From positions 13,981-77,980 of the forward strand of contig JBDHJS010000013.1 of the NCBI GenBank assembly GCA_039586795.1: DNA of 64,000 bases, read 5' to 3'. Positions 55,796 to 64,000 of this stretch are shown here, in pieces (positions within the stretch are counted from its first letter, which is position 1; each line of letters opens with the position of its first letter). The notes beneath the pieces were generated by a model. That model worked only from the letters and a program-made list of their open reading frames with translations. It searched no databases and was not told the origin of the DNA. A program made the translations under genes and the position numbers. This DNA is from Gemmatimonadota bacterium. Lineage in GTDB: Bacteria > Gemmatimonadota > Gemmatimonadetes > Palauibacterales > KS3-K002.

Positions 55796-58606
55796 TCAAA
55801 CTCCCAACACCCCGGCCAGAAAACTCCCCGTATACGACCCCTCCACACCCACGACCTCCTCCGGCCTCCCCATGGCCACCAACCGCCCCCCGTGCGCTCC
55901 CGCCCCCGGCCCCAAATCGATGATCCAATCCGCCTGCTTGATCACATCCAGGTTGTGCTCGATGACCACGACCGAGTTCCCTGCATCGATGAGCTGGTTC
56001 AATACATCGATCAGCACGCGGACATCGTGCATGTGCAGGCCGGTCGTCGGCTCATCCAGCAAGTACAGCCGGTGCCCACCCCGACGCGTCGCTCCCGCAA
56101 GCTCTCGCGCCAGCTTGAGACGCTGCGCTTCACCGCCCGACAGCGTCGTCGCCGGCTGCCCGAGCCGCAGGTATCCGAGCCCCACGCGCTGCAGCTGCCA
56201 CAGCATCTCGCCGAGCTTCGCCTCCTTGATGAAGAAGCGGAGCGCCTCGTCAACCGTGAGGCTCAACACGTCGTCGACGCTCAGCCCGCGATACTTCACA
56301 TCCAATATTTCCGGCTTGAACCGCTTGCCGCCGCACATATCGCACGCGACGTAGACGTCGGCCATGAACAGCATCTCGACCTCGATCTGACCGGCGCCCT
56401 GGCACTCCTCGCAACGGCCACCCGCCACATTGAACGAGAACTGGCTGGGCACCAGGCCACGACGCTTGGATTCCGGCTGTTCGGCAAAGATTCGACGAAT
56501 CTCCGACCACGCTTTGAGGTAGGTGGCGGCGTTAGAGCGCGGCGTCCGACCGATCGGGCTCTGGTCGATGAGCACTACGCCCGACAGGGCGCCGCTCCCC
56601 TTCAACGCGTCGTACGACCCGACCAGCTCGCCCAGATGCTGCTTGGCGCTCGACTGACCCTCGATCTTCCGCTCCAGTGCCCGGTACAGCACGTCGTGCA
56701 CCAGGGTCGACTTGCCGCTACCCGATACCCCGGTCACTACCGTGAGGACGTTCAACGGGATCGTCACGTTGACGCCGTCCAGGTTGTGCAGCCGCGCTCC
56801 TTCGAGATCTACGGTGGCGCCATCAACCGGCCGGCGTCGTTCCGGGTTCGCCACGGACCGGCGGCCCGACAGGTATTCGCCGGTGAGGGTATCGGAGGCG
56901 AGCAAGCCTTTCAGGCCTCCCTCGTAACACAGCTCGCCGCCCTTCTCGCCGGACGCGGGGCCCAACTCGACGACATGGTCGGCTCGCTCCACTGCCGCCC
57001 GGTCGTGCTCGACGACCAGGACCGCGTTGCCCAGGTCGCGGAGCTGTTCCAGCAACCTGTAAAGGCGTTCGGTGTCCCTGGGATGAAGACCGATAGACGG
57101 TTCATCCAAAACGTAGGTTACATCGACCAACGCACTGCCCAATGAGTTGGCCAGGTTGATCCGCTGCGCCTCTCCGCCCGACAGCGTTCGTGCCTGGCGA
57201 TCGAGGGTCAGATAACCCAGACCCACATCGTCGAGAAACGCGACCCGCGATCGCAACTCGCGGAGTATCGTGTCGGCCACCGCCCGCTCATGCTTCGTCA
57301 GCTTCACGCTCTCGACCCAGGCGCGTAGTTCCTCCACCGGCAACGCGCTCACATCGGCGACGGTCCTCTTTGCCACCTTCACGTTCAGCGCCTCCGATCT
57401 GAGGCGCGCGCCGCCGCAGTCCGTGCAGGTCTGCTGGGTCTGATACTGGCGGACGAACACGCGGATGTATTGCTTGTATCGCTTCGTTTGTTTGAGCCGC
57501 TCCAGCTGCTCGATGATGCCCTCGAAGCCCGGGTCGCCGTAAAACACGACGTCCTTGAATGACTTCGGCAGTTCCTTCCACGGCTTCTTCATCGAGACTT
57601 TGTGCTTCTTCGCCAGTTCGGCCAGGTAGTAGCGCCGATCTTCGTAACGCGGTTTGGTCCACGGATCGACAGCGCCGTCCTCCAGCGTGCGCTCAGCGTC
57701 GGGGACGATCAGGTCGAGATCGAACTCGAGGTTGGCACCGAACCCGTTGCAGGTGGGGCAGGCGCCGAGCGGGCTGTTAAACGAGAAGAGCGTGGGAACC
57801 GGATCGGGGAACGTCGTTCCGTCGTTGGGGCAGCGGAAGCGTTCGGTGAACGCCAATCGATCGGCGACGCCCTTCCCGTTCGACACCAGGACCACGGCCT
57901 CGCCTTCACCTTCCGTGAACGCTGTCCCCAGCGAATCGGCGAGCCGCGAACGAGCGGCGTCGCCGACCTTCAGGCGATCGACAACGACCAGCAGTTCCTC
58001 CGCTTTCGTCAATTCCGGCGTTCCGCTCTCATGCGTCGCCTCGCCCAGGTAGACCTCTTCACCGTCGGCCAGCGCACGAATGAACCCCAGCGCTCGAAGG
58101 TTCTCGACCACCAGTTCGTCCGACACCTCAGCGGAAAGCGGCAGAGGAAACGTCACCTGAATGCGCGAACCCTTCGGCAACTTGCGCACGCGATCCACCG
58201 CGCTTTGCACCGTGTCCGGCTTGATCTCACGGCCGCACTCGGGACAGATCGTGCGACCGATCCGCGCCCACAATAGCCGCAGGTAGTCGTGGATCTCGGT
58301 TGCGGTCCCCACCGTCGATCGACTGGTCTTGGTCGGATTCTTCTGCTGGATCGCCACCGCCGGACTGACACCCTCCACCGACTCGACGTCCGGCCGCTCC
58401 ATCCGCTCGAGGAACTGCTTCGCATAGGTCGACAGCGATTCCACATACCGTCGCTGTGCCTCCGCAAACACCGTATCGAAGGCGAGCGACGATTTCCCGG
58501 AGCCGGACGGACCGGTGATGACGGTGAACGCCCGGTGCGGGATGTCGAGATCGATGCCCTTGAGGTTGTGCTGGCGGGCGCCGCGGATGCGGATGCTGTC
58601 TTCCAT
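55796..58606 (-). CDS. uvrA: excinuclease ABC subunit A
   Basis: Start at [44 protein letters not shown]. Two ABC ATPase modules and zinc fingers. Confidence 0.97.
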   Translation of the reverse strand: MEDSIRIRGARQHNLKGIDLDIPHRAFTVITGPSGSGKSSLAFDTVFAEAQRRYVESLSTYAKQFLERMERPDVESVEGVSPAVAIQQKNPTKTSRSTVGTATEIHDYLRLLWARIGRTICPECGREIKPDTVQSAVDRVRKLPKGSRIQVTFPLPLSAEVSDELVVENLRALGFIRALADGEEVYLGEATHESGTPELTKAEELLVVVDRLKVGDAARSRLADSLGTAFTEGEGEAVVLVSNGKGVADRLAFTERFRCPNDGTTFPDPVPTLFSFNSPLGACPTCNGFGANLEFDLDLIVPDAERTLEDGAVDPWTKPRYEDRRYYLAELAKKHKVSMKKPWKELPKSFKDVVFYGDPGFEGIIEQLERLKQTKRYKQYIRVFVRQYQTQQTCTDCGGARLRSEALNVKVAKRTVADVSALPVEELRAWVESVKLTKHERAVADTILRELRSRVAFLDDVGLGYLTLDRQARTLSGGEAQRINLANSLGSALVDVTYVLDEPSIGLHPRDTERLYRLLEQLRDLGNAVLVVEHDRAAVERADHVVELGPASGEKGGELCYEGGLKGLLASDTLTGEYLSGRRSVANPERRRPVDGATVDLEGARLHNLDGVNVTIPLNVLTVVTGVSGSGKSTLVHDVLYRALERKIEGQSSAKQHLGELVGSYDALKGSGALSGVVLIDQSPIGRTPRSNAATYLKAWSEIRRIFAEQPESKRRGLVPSQFSFNVAGGRCEECQGAGQIEVEMLFMADVYVACDMCGGKRFKPEILDVKYRGLSVDDVLSLTVDEALRFFIKEAKLGEMLWQLQRVGLGYLRLGQPATTLSGGEAQRLKLARELAGATRRGGHRLYLLDEPTTGLHMHDVRVLIDVLNQLIDAGNSVVVIEHNLDVIKQADWIIDLGPGAGAHGGRLVAMGRPEEVVGVEGSYTGSFLAGVLGV

Positions 58607-58769
58607 GGTTCTGAGGATAATAACTACGTCAGTGGAGTGCCGCGCCAGTGCGCGACTGCGCGGGCCAGGCACTGGCTCCTTGGCCATCGTGTGTCACGAT
58701 CTCCAGGGTCGGTCGACTGAACTGTAAGGCCCAGATGTCGAGCCACCCAACTTTCACCAGGAGTCGACC

Positions 58770-59192
58770 ATGAAGATCCGATCCGTACTTATTCTGGCAT
58801 TGATCGCGGCGGGGAGTCTTGCCGTGGGTTGTGATGACGCGACCAAGACACAAGACGGCGTGTTCGGCATTGACCTGGAAGTCGTTGCGACATGCCCGAA
58901 TACCTTCTCGCTCAAACCAGTCAGCACCTACCCCCAGCTTATTGCAGCTGACCGGAATGGAGACGGCCACATCTGCTACAAACATGTCGCCGGCTGTGCC
59001 GCCGATTTCCCCGCCTGCGGGCTTCACATGGTTGCCATCATCGACAACCATGCGCCCAGTCAGGGCGACTGTCTGTCAGGATATGAAGCCGTAGCGGCCA
59101 TCGGGCAACTGGACGTCGATCAGAACGGTGATCAAGTGATCTGCAAGGCGGTGGACGGGGAGGAGATCAGCTACACGGACAATTCCTTCTGA
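58770..59192 (+). CDS. small Cys-rich lipoprotein
   Basis: MKIRSVLILALIAAGSLAVGC lipobox; ~8 further Cys in 120 aa. Confidence 0.55.
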   Translation: MKIRSVLILALIAAGSLAVGCDDATKTQDGVFGIDLEVVATCPNTFSLKPVSTYPQLIAADRNGDGHICYKHVAGCAADFPACGLHMVAIIDNHAPSQGDCLSGYEAVAAIGQLDVDQNGDQVICKAVDGEEISYTDNSF

Positions 59193-59213
59193 TACTACCG
59201 TAGTCGCGCGCCC

Positions 59214-62200
59214 TCAATGCGCGCTTTCAGCTCCGCCGACCAGGACGAAGCCCGCCCAGAAGAAGGGGTGCGCCGTATTCGAGCCTCGCCGCAGCTGCAG
59301 CTGAGCCGCCCGCAGGGCGGCGGCGGGAGACATTCCTGAGGCGAGCCGTGAATGGAACTCGCCCATCAGCTCGGCCGAGGCGGCGCCCACCGGCCAGAGT
59401 GTGGCTACCACTGACTCGGCGCCAGCGGCGAGGAACGCGCGACCGAGACCCATAAGCCCTTCACCGTAGTAGAGCCGGCCCTGCGATGTTTCGCAAGCGC
59501 TCAGCACCACCAGCCCAATCGGGCGGCGCACCGCCGCGATCTCACCCAGATGAAGATAGCCATCGTTATCTTCGTCCGGCGCCAAGCGAACGTGAGAGGC
59601 CAAGGGGTCGACGGCATCGGCGACGGCGTGTGCCGCCAAGTGAACCACCGAGTAATTGCCCGCAGTCGTCAGGGCGCGAGTCTCCGTAGCGTCGTCCCCC
59701 ACATGTGTAACCACCCGACCTGCCGACCAGGCCGCCTCAATAGCCGCCAGTTCACGCTCCGCGCCGGGCGCATCTCCGGCGAGCGCCAGGACAGAGCCGC
59801 TCGCAGGAGTCAGGCGGTGGACGCCAACCTGGCCGTTGCCCAAAAACCGCGCCGATGGCAAGTACACCAACTCGAAACGGTCGATGAGGTATCGCGCCTG
59901 CGCATAAGCGGTCCCGGTCTCGGCTTCAGTTTGCGGCGCTCGCGATACCAGGGCGGCAAAGGGCAGGTAATGCAGCGGACCGTCAGGAATCACATGAACC
60001 CGCCGGACTCCGGGCAGCAGAGGCTCGATCGGCATTAGCAGCGCGGTGTACAACTCTCCGGCCAGCTGGACGTCGAACGGCGCTCGCGCCAGGTCGATGC
60101 GGCCGCCGTAGCTCAGTGCCAGCGGGCGACGTAGATCCTCGACTAGCTTTGCCAAGCGTTTTGGCAACACAGGCAGGGACAACACACGCGCCTCGTGTGG
60201 CGTGATGACGATCACGGCCGACAGCGAGTCGATGATCACATAGTCGAGAAGAGCCGAATCGCCGGTGAGTCCGTGACGGATTTCGGCCAATGTGAACGGC
60301 TGAATCACTTGACCTTCTTTGCCGTGCGCCAGCGCCGCGAGCGTCAGTGCCGCGCTCTTGCGTCGCTGACTCCAAAACAACACGGGCTCCGGGTCCACGT
60401 CGCGTCCAGCAGACAACAGAAGTTTAAGCGCTTCATCGAAAGGAGAGATGTTCCGGCTCCGGAACTCGACCCGCTGAAGGTCCGCACCCAGGCCAACCCC
60501 TGTCTCCTCGATAACGCTCGCCGACCTGTCGTAAGCCTCCAGTGCCTCAGCGACCCTGCCGTCCCGACTGAAGGCCCGGCCAAGCGCCAGCTGCGTTTCC
60601 AGCAACACTTCGGCGGTAGGATGCGCTTCCGCCAAGGCCGCCGCGTCACCCAGCATCGCAATCCCCTTACCTACCTCGCCCGACTGCACGAGCGCCTCGC
60701 CCTTCAGACGGCGTGCATGAATCAGTTCGGTCACGTAGTTGTAGCGGTCGGCCAGGCTGTCGGCTCGGCCTGCCGCTGCCGCCGCCGAGTCAGCTTTACC
60801 CCAGTCCAAGTACATCTCGCCCAAGCGAGTGTTCGCCACGGCCGTTCCGCGCAAGTTACCTCTGCCGGTTTGGATCTCGACCCACCCGCGCAGCGTCTTC
60901 GTCGCTTCTTCAAATTGCATGCGACTCGCTTGCACGTCGGCCAGCAAGGGAGTGTCTAGTGGTCCCCAATTCTGCAACTCATCATGCGCCCGCGCCGCAG
61001 CCTCAGCGCTGTCGGGTTGGCCCAACCTGTCATGAACGCGCGCCAACGCGCGCCACGTTTCGCTGAGCACTTCTTGCTCCGCGATGGCCCGTCGATAGTA
61101 CTCGAGCGCTGCCTGCCAGTCGCCGGCCCTCTCCAAGTATTCGCCCGCCCAGTGGTAGTTCTCCTCCTGTTCGTCGATGACCTCGACCATTTGTCGGAAT
61201 TCCTCGTTCGCTGCGGCGTGCCATCCGGCCATCCAGCGAGTCATCCCGGCATCACGGAGGCTCATCATGCGGGACGGCGAGTGTGTCAAGAGCGCGGCTT
61301 CATCGACGAAGCGGTCCGCGATGCGAGATGCCTCCTCGATTCGGCCCGCCCACTCGTAGATATGCACCAAGTTGTGATAGGCATCGGCGAGCCAGAAGGA
61401 GGCCCCGGAAGGCGGGGCGAGCGCAATCCCTCTTGAGATGTCGCGCTCCGCTTCTGCCAGCCGCCCCAAATGTGCGAGGGCTCGACCTCGCTTCACGTAT
61501 GCTCGCAACTGGAAAGCCGCCGACCCCACGCTGTCGGCGATGGACACGACCCGATCGTGGCATTCGACGGAACTGGACGGATCACCGCTGTCATCGAGTT
61601 GGCGGCAAAGTCTCCAGAGGGCACGCAGCTCCCACGACCACGCGCCATGATCGCGTGCCAACTCGGCTTCTTCGCGTAGCAGCGCCTCCCACTCCGCTCG
61701 ACCCCGACCAGCGCGCAGTGCTACTAGTCCGTGGAGATAGGTGACCTTTAAGCCCGGGCGCCCATCGCGCTCCACTGCCGCAGCCACGGCCCGTTGAATC
61801 GCCTCAGCCGCCGCCGCGTCCCCGCGCTCCAAGCTGAGCTCGGCCAGCCGCATATAGACGGCGACGCGCTTGAGTGGATGGGTCGACAGCTCGATCGCTC
61901 TTCGCAGCGCAGCCTCGGCGTCCTGCGCGCGGTTGGCCCACGACAGTACCTGGCCGTAGCGGTCCCACGCCTCCGCCAGCTCGGGCGCCAGCCGCACGGC
62001 CTGCTCGGCAAAACGCACGGCCTGCGGCCGCCAAATGCGCGCCGGCGTCAGACGGTCGGCCAGGTTCGCGAGAAAGAGCGATGTGCAAAGGGTGGATCCC
62101 TGTTCCGCTTCGATCGCGACGAACTCCCCTGCAGCACCCTCGGGGTAGCCATAAGGTGCTGTGGCCCAGGCACTGTAACAGGCCAAGACCGGGTCTTCAC

Positions 62201-62465
62201 CCCAATCTCCCTCGTACTGTCGTCGGAGCGCTTCGCTAGCGCCCCGCTCCCTCATGCGCAGGATATAGTCTCGCTGTGCTGGGAAGAATCGCGGGTCCGC
62301 ATCCCGCGCCGCCCGATACAGCACTGTAGCGCTGTCGAGATCGAGCTCTGCTTCTCTGTCCAGCGCAGCTAGCCAGAGGGTTCTGGCCAACAAGGAATCA
62401 GCCTGCCCCGCCGTCGCGCCCAGAGCGGCGGCCAGCAAGATCGGCAAGGCTAGCGCTGTAACCAA
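59214..62465 (-). CDS. secreted TPR-repeat protein with C-terminal CHAT (caspase-like) protease domain
   Basis: Signal peptide MVTALALPILLAAALGATAG, more than 10 TPR-like repeats, and a C-terminal CHAT core (...VVHLAAHA...VVLSACETSQGRL...). Confidence 0.9.
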   Translation of the reverse strand: MVTALALPILLAAALGATAGQADSLLARTLWLAALDREAELDLDSATVLYRAARDADPRFFPAQRDYILRMRERGASEALRRQYEGDWGEDPVLACYSAWATAPYGYPEGAAGEFVAIEAEQGSTLCTSLFLANLADRLTPARIWRPQAVRFAEQAVRLAPELAEAWDRYGQVLSWANRAQDAEAALRRAIELSTHPLKRVAVYMRLAELSLERGDAAAAEAIQRAVAAAVERDGRPGLKVTYLHGLVALRAGRGRAEWEALLREEAELARDHGAWSWELRALWRLCRQLDDSGDPSSSVECHDRVVSIADSVGSAAFQLRAYVKRGRALAHLGRLAEAERDISRGIALAPPSGASFWLADAYHNLVHIYEWAGRIEEASRIADRFVDEAALLTHSPSRMMSLRDAGMTRWMAGWHAAANEEFRQMVEVIDEQEENYHWAGEYLERAGDWQAALEYYRRAIAEQEVLSETWRALARVHDRLGQPDSAEAAARAHDELQNWGPLDTPLLADVQASRMQFEEATKTLRGWVEIQTGRGNLRGTAVANTRLGEMYLDWGKADSAAAAAGRADSLADRYNYVTELIHARRLKGEALVQSGEVGKGIAMLGDAAALAEAHPTAEVLLETQLALGRAFSRDGRVAEALEAYDRSASVIEETGVGLGADLQRVEFRSRNISPFDEALKLLLSAGRDVDPEPVLFWSQRRKSAALTLAALAHGKEGQVIQPFTLAEIRHGLTGDSALLDYVIIDSLSAVIVITPHEARVLSLPVLPKRLAKLVEDLRRPLALSYGGRIDLARAPFDVQLAGELYTALLMPIEPLLPGVRRVHVIPDGPLHYLPFAALVSRAPQTEAETGTAYAQARYLIDRFELVYLPSARFLGNGQVGVHRLTPASGSVLALAGDAPGAERELAAIEAAWSAGRVVTHVGDDATETRALTTAGNYSVVHLAAHAVADAVDPLASHVRLAPDEDNDGYLHLGEIAAVRRPIGLVVLSACETSQGRLYYGEGLMGLGRAFLAAGAESVVATLWPVGAASAELMGEFHSRLASGMSPAAALRAAQLQLRRGSNTAHPFFWAGFVLVGGAESAH

Positions 62466-63217
62466 CTCTTCACGCTGTCGACCAGAGCCACAGCCTGAAC
62501 GCCGATCACTCCGCCAGCCGCTGCGGCAGCTCGAAGGTCAGAAAGTGCCTCGTCGGCGCGGTTGAGTCTTAGAAATGCTTTGGCCCGATAGTAATAGGCT
62601 TCCGCCAGGTAAGGCGTCTCGCCCCGCTCGATCAAACGACCGAAGACCGGCACCGCCGCATCCGGCTCACCGTTCATCAGCCGGCTGACGGCCAGAAAGA
62701 ACTCCGCAGGAACGAGGTCAGCAGCTACGGACAGTGACGCATCCAAAGTCGTCGCAGCCTGATCGTACCGTTTCTGCAAGTAGTAGCTCATTCCCAACTC
62801 GAAGAGCGAGTCGGCCGCGCCGCTCTCACCGCGGATCTCCACGCCGAGATAGACGGGCGCCTGATCTACGCCACCCAGCGCAGCCAGCCCGTCGTCGCTC
62901 GAACTCGGTCGAAGAAAGACGATGCTTGTGATCACCGCTGCGGCAGCCACCGCCGCAGCCGCCGCGATCACCGGCCAGCGACGCCGGGCCGCTGCCCGAT
63001 CGATCCCCGGCAACGTCGAGCGAACGGCTGTGGCCAGGCGCAGTTCCGCCTGACAGCGGCGGCACGTCAGGTAATGCGCCTCGAACGCCTCAAGCTCATC
63101 GCCAGGCAGTGTACCGGCTACGAAGCCCTCTACGAGGTTTCGCTCGGTTACATCGTCACAGGTCAGAATACCACTCACCTCATCTCTCCCGCGAAGCCGA
63201 CAAGCAGGCAGTCGCAA
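62450..63217 (-). CDS. anti-sigma factor (zinc-finger HC2-type N-terminus, single TM, periplasmic TPR)
   Basis: HYLTCRRCQAELR zinc motif, TM WPVIAAAAAVAAAAVITSIVFL, and C-terminal TPRs. Its start abuts the ECF sigma stop, and its stop overlaps the CHAT gene start by 16 nt. Confidence 0.7.
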   Translation of the reverse strand: MRLPACRLRGRDEVSGILTCDDVTERNLVEGFVAGTLPGDELEAFEAHYLTCRRCQAELRLATAVRSTLPGIDRAAARRRWPVIAAAAAVAAAAVITSIVFLRPSSSDDGLAALGGVDQAPVYLGVEIRGESGAADSLFELGMSYYLQKRYDQAATTLDASLSVAADLVPAEFFLAVSRLMNGEPDAAVPVFGRLIERGETPYLAEAYYYRAKAFLRLNRADEALSDLRAAAAAGGVIGVQAVALVDSVKSWLQR

Positions 63218-63817
63218 CTAGAGCGTCTCATCTACTTTGTCGAACTCGCCTTCCATCTGTGACCGCTCGCCGCGTCTCTCCAAGAACGCACGGCGGAGCC
63301 TCGCCAGCGCTCGCGACTTCCTCTTTCGAATCCGCGCCGCGGGCTCGCCCAACCGCTCCGCTATCTGTGCCGGCGTCAAACCCTGAAAGTAGCTGAGCCG
63401 TAGAATATCTCTGTCGCCGCTACCCAAAGCGGCCAGCGCACGACGAACGTCGGCCCGTTCGCTTTCGCTGATAAGAGATTCCAGCGGGTCGCGATCCGGG
63501 GCCGAGGCGGTCTCCGGCATGGAGCGCAACGGGACTGTGCGCGCGCTTTCACGATGAAAGTCGGCAATCACATGGCGGGCGATCGCTGCGACGAAAGCAC
63601 CCAGCTTCTCGGGTTCTCGCAGACGATTCTCGCGTAGGGCTTTGAGCGCTCGAGCGAGCGTCTCCTGAACGGCATCCTCGGCTCGGGCCGCGTCGTTCAG
63701 GGCGCGGCGAGCCATAATCTGTAGGCCCGAGCGCAGCACACACAGTTGGTCAGCGCTGATCGGACTCGGACCTTCAGAATCTGAATGGCGGGGCTCAGAA
63801 TCTGCCAGGGGTGTCAC
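63218..63817 (-). CDS. ECF (group 4) sigma-70 family sigma factor
   Basis: Region 2 AEDAVQETLARALKAL...FVAAIARHVIADFHR. Region 4 ILRLSYFQGLTPAQIAERLGEPAARIRKRKSRALARLRR. Confidence 0.85.
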   Translation of the reverse strand: MTPLADSEPRHSDSEGPSPISADQLCVLRSGLQIMARRALNDAARAEDAVQETLARALKALRENRLREPEKLGAFVAAIARHVIADFHRESARTVPLRSMPETASAPDRDPLESLISESERADVRRALAALGSGDRDILRLSYFQGLTPAQIAERLGEPAARIRKRKSRALARLRRAFLERRGERSQMEGEFDKVDETL

Positions 63818-63927
63818 GCAGAGATCTCTCTCCCGACAGAACTAGCAAAGGCACGGGGAATACTGCCCACGGCAACATGAGGCGCCGGATCAGCATAGGC
63901 AAGCTCCGGCCCGATTTGGAGGCATCC

Positions 63928-64000
63928 CATGAATCGAACAATACGCGTCACACCGCCGATCATCTTCGCAATTCTGGTAACTGCCCTGGTCACCGCTGGC
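63928..64000 (+). CDS. start of a membrane/secreted protein gene continuing past the window end
   Basis: ATG then MNRTIRVTPPIIFAILVTALVTAG (hydrophobic N-terminus). No stop within the window. Confidence 0.3.

Noticed and set aside
55892-57145. 417-aa plus-strand ORF inside uvrA
   Set aside because: Antisense to uvrA; no motifs; high-GC frame artefact.

Overview
High-GC (~65-70%) bacterial chromosomal segment. The primary sigma factor is the short (~286 aa) type that lacks region 1.1, as in the Fibrobacteres-Chlorobi-Bacteroidetes (FCB) group, so a Gemmatimonadota/Rhodothermota-like host is a reasonable guess but is not proven. No base composition was computed; all GC statements are by eye.

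The right half of the window is core housekeeping: dnaE, accA, a PSP1/RicT-like gene, metG, gyrA, uvrA, a fused fadB/fadJ-type beta-oxidation enzyme, rpoD, a flotillin/NfeD pair, a VKOR/DsbA pair, and M23 and M28 peptidases.

The left ~20 kb is an envelope-hydrolase-rich accessory region. It holds two tandem type-I phosphodiesterase (alkaline phosphatase superfamily) paralogs, a sulfotransferase, an atypical sulfatase-fold protein, a DUF1846 protein, a secreted LamG+EEP protein, an RHH mini-protein, and a canonical arylsulfatase. The arylsulfatase sits in a 2-kb islet bracketed by a 47-bp duplication of the 3' half of a free-standing tRNA-Ile(GAT).

Observations worth a second look:
- two families of MITE-like palindromic intergenic repeats, one of which supplies the last codons and stop of the VKOR gene
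- a coproheme decarboxylase (HemQ)-Rieske fusion protein
- an ECF sigma / anti-sigma / secreted TPR-CHAT module
- a ~12-kb same-strand string of eight consecutive genes (RHH mini-protein through LamG-EEP, then a TPR protein and a Tat-signal gene fragment) with an RHH gene at its head
- an 83-aa hyper-acidic mini-protein with strong expression signals
- a threonine-dehydratase-like gene with no canonical start, translationally coupled to a REC-GAF-GGDEF gene
- a triple-heptad hairpin upstream of gyrA

No CRISPR array, rRNA gene, integrase or transposase was seen.
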